Source of the DNA: Chiloscyllium plagiosum
Lineage: Eukaryota
NCBI RefSeq assembly: GCF_004010195.1
Contig: NC_057719.1
Span: forward strand, 81,379,501 to 81,399,500
Direction: 5' to 3'
Length of the DNA stretch: 20,000 bases
Part shown: positions 19,726-20,000 of the stretch, piece after piece
How positions within the stretch are numbered: position 1 is the first letter of the stretch
Layout of the letters: the number at the start of each line of letters is the position of its first letter
Made by a program: the position numbers and the translations under genes
The notes under the pieces: model-generated
The model's database searches: none
Seen by the model: only the letters and a program-made list of their open reading frames with translations
What the model was told of the DNA's origin: nothing

Positions 19726-20000
19726 AGGAGAAGTTGAGGACTACAGATGCTGGAGACCAGAGTTGAAAAATGTGGTGCTGGAAAAGCACAGCAAGCCAGG
19801 CAGCATCCAAGGAGCAGGAGATTGGACATTTCGGGCATAAGCCCTTCTTCAGGAATGAGGCTGGTGTGCCAAGCGGGCTGAGATAAAGATAGGGGGGAGG
19901 GAATTTGGGGGAGGGGCGCTGGGAATACGATAAGTGGAAGGAGGTGAGGATGAGGGTGATAGGCCGGAGAGGGGGTGGGGGCGGAGAGGTTGGGAAGAAG
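19726..20000 (-). mobile_element. Penelope-like element 3' terminus with hammerhead motif; runs off the window end
   Basis: The minus strand reads TTC-CTGAAGA-A-GGGC-TTAT-GCCC-GAAA-TGTC (core 19825-19852), followed by the same GGATGCTGCCTG...GCTGTGCTTTTCCAGCACCAC as the 14730 insert. A G-rich tract occupies 19890-20000. Confidence 0.8.

Overview
Eukaryotic, repeat-rich vertebrate DNA. The repeat families (HE1-type V-SINEs, DeuSINE remnants, CR1 LINEs, Penelope-like elements) point to a cartilaginous fish, probably a shark. The only host gene I can support is the first coding exon of PACS2 on the minus strand (13552-13667). It sits in a CpG-island promoter (~13350-13990), so 1-13551 is most likely PACS2 intron 1 and >13990 is upstream sequence. 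The rest is nested transposon debris: several decayed CR1/L2-clade LINEs, two HE1 SINEs, a 509-bp solo LTR with a GTAC target-site duplication (TSD), and at least six Penelope-like element (PLE) pieces. The most interesting non-obvious signal is a set of minimal hammerhead-ribozyme cores in the PLE termini (CUGAnGA + one extra nt + stem II + GAAA-C-GUC). One lies in a 157-bp insert with a perfect 14-bp TSD and a 25-bp inverted duplication. There is also a 5-codon uORF 10 nt upstream of the PACS2 start. I see no evidence of a wholly new biological system; most signals are variants of known retroelement biology. Repeat family names come from my recall of consensus motifs, not from database searches.
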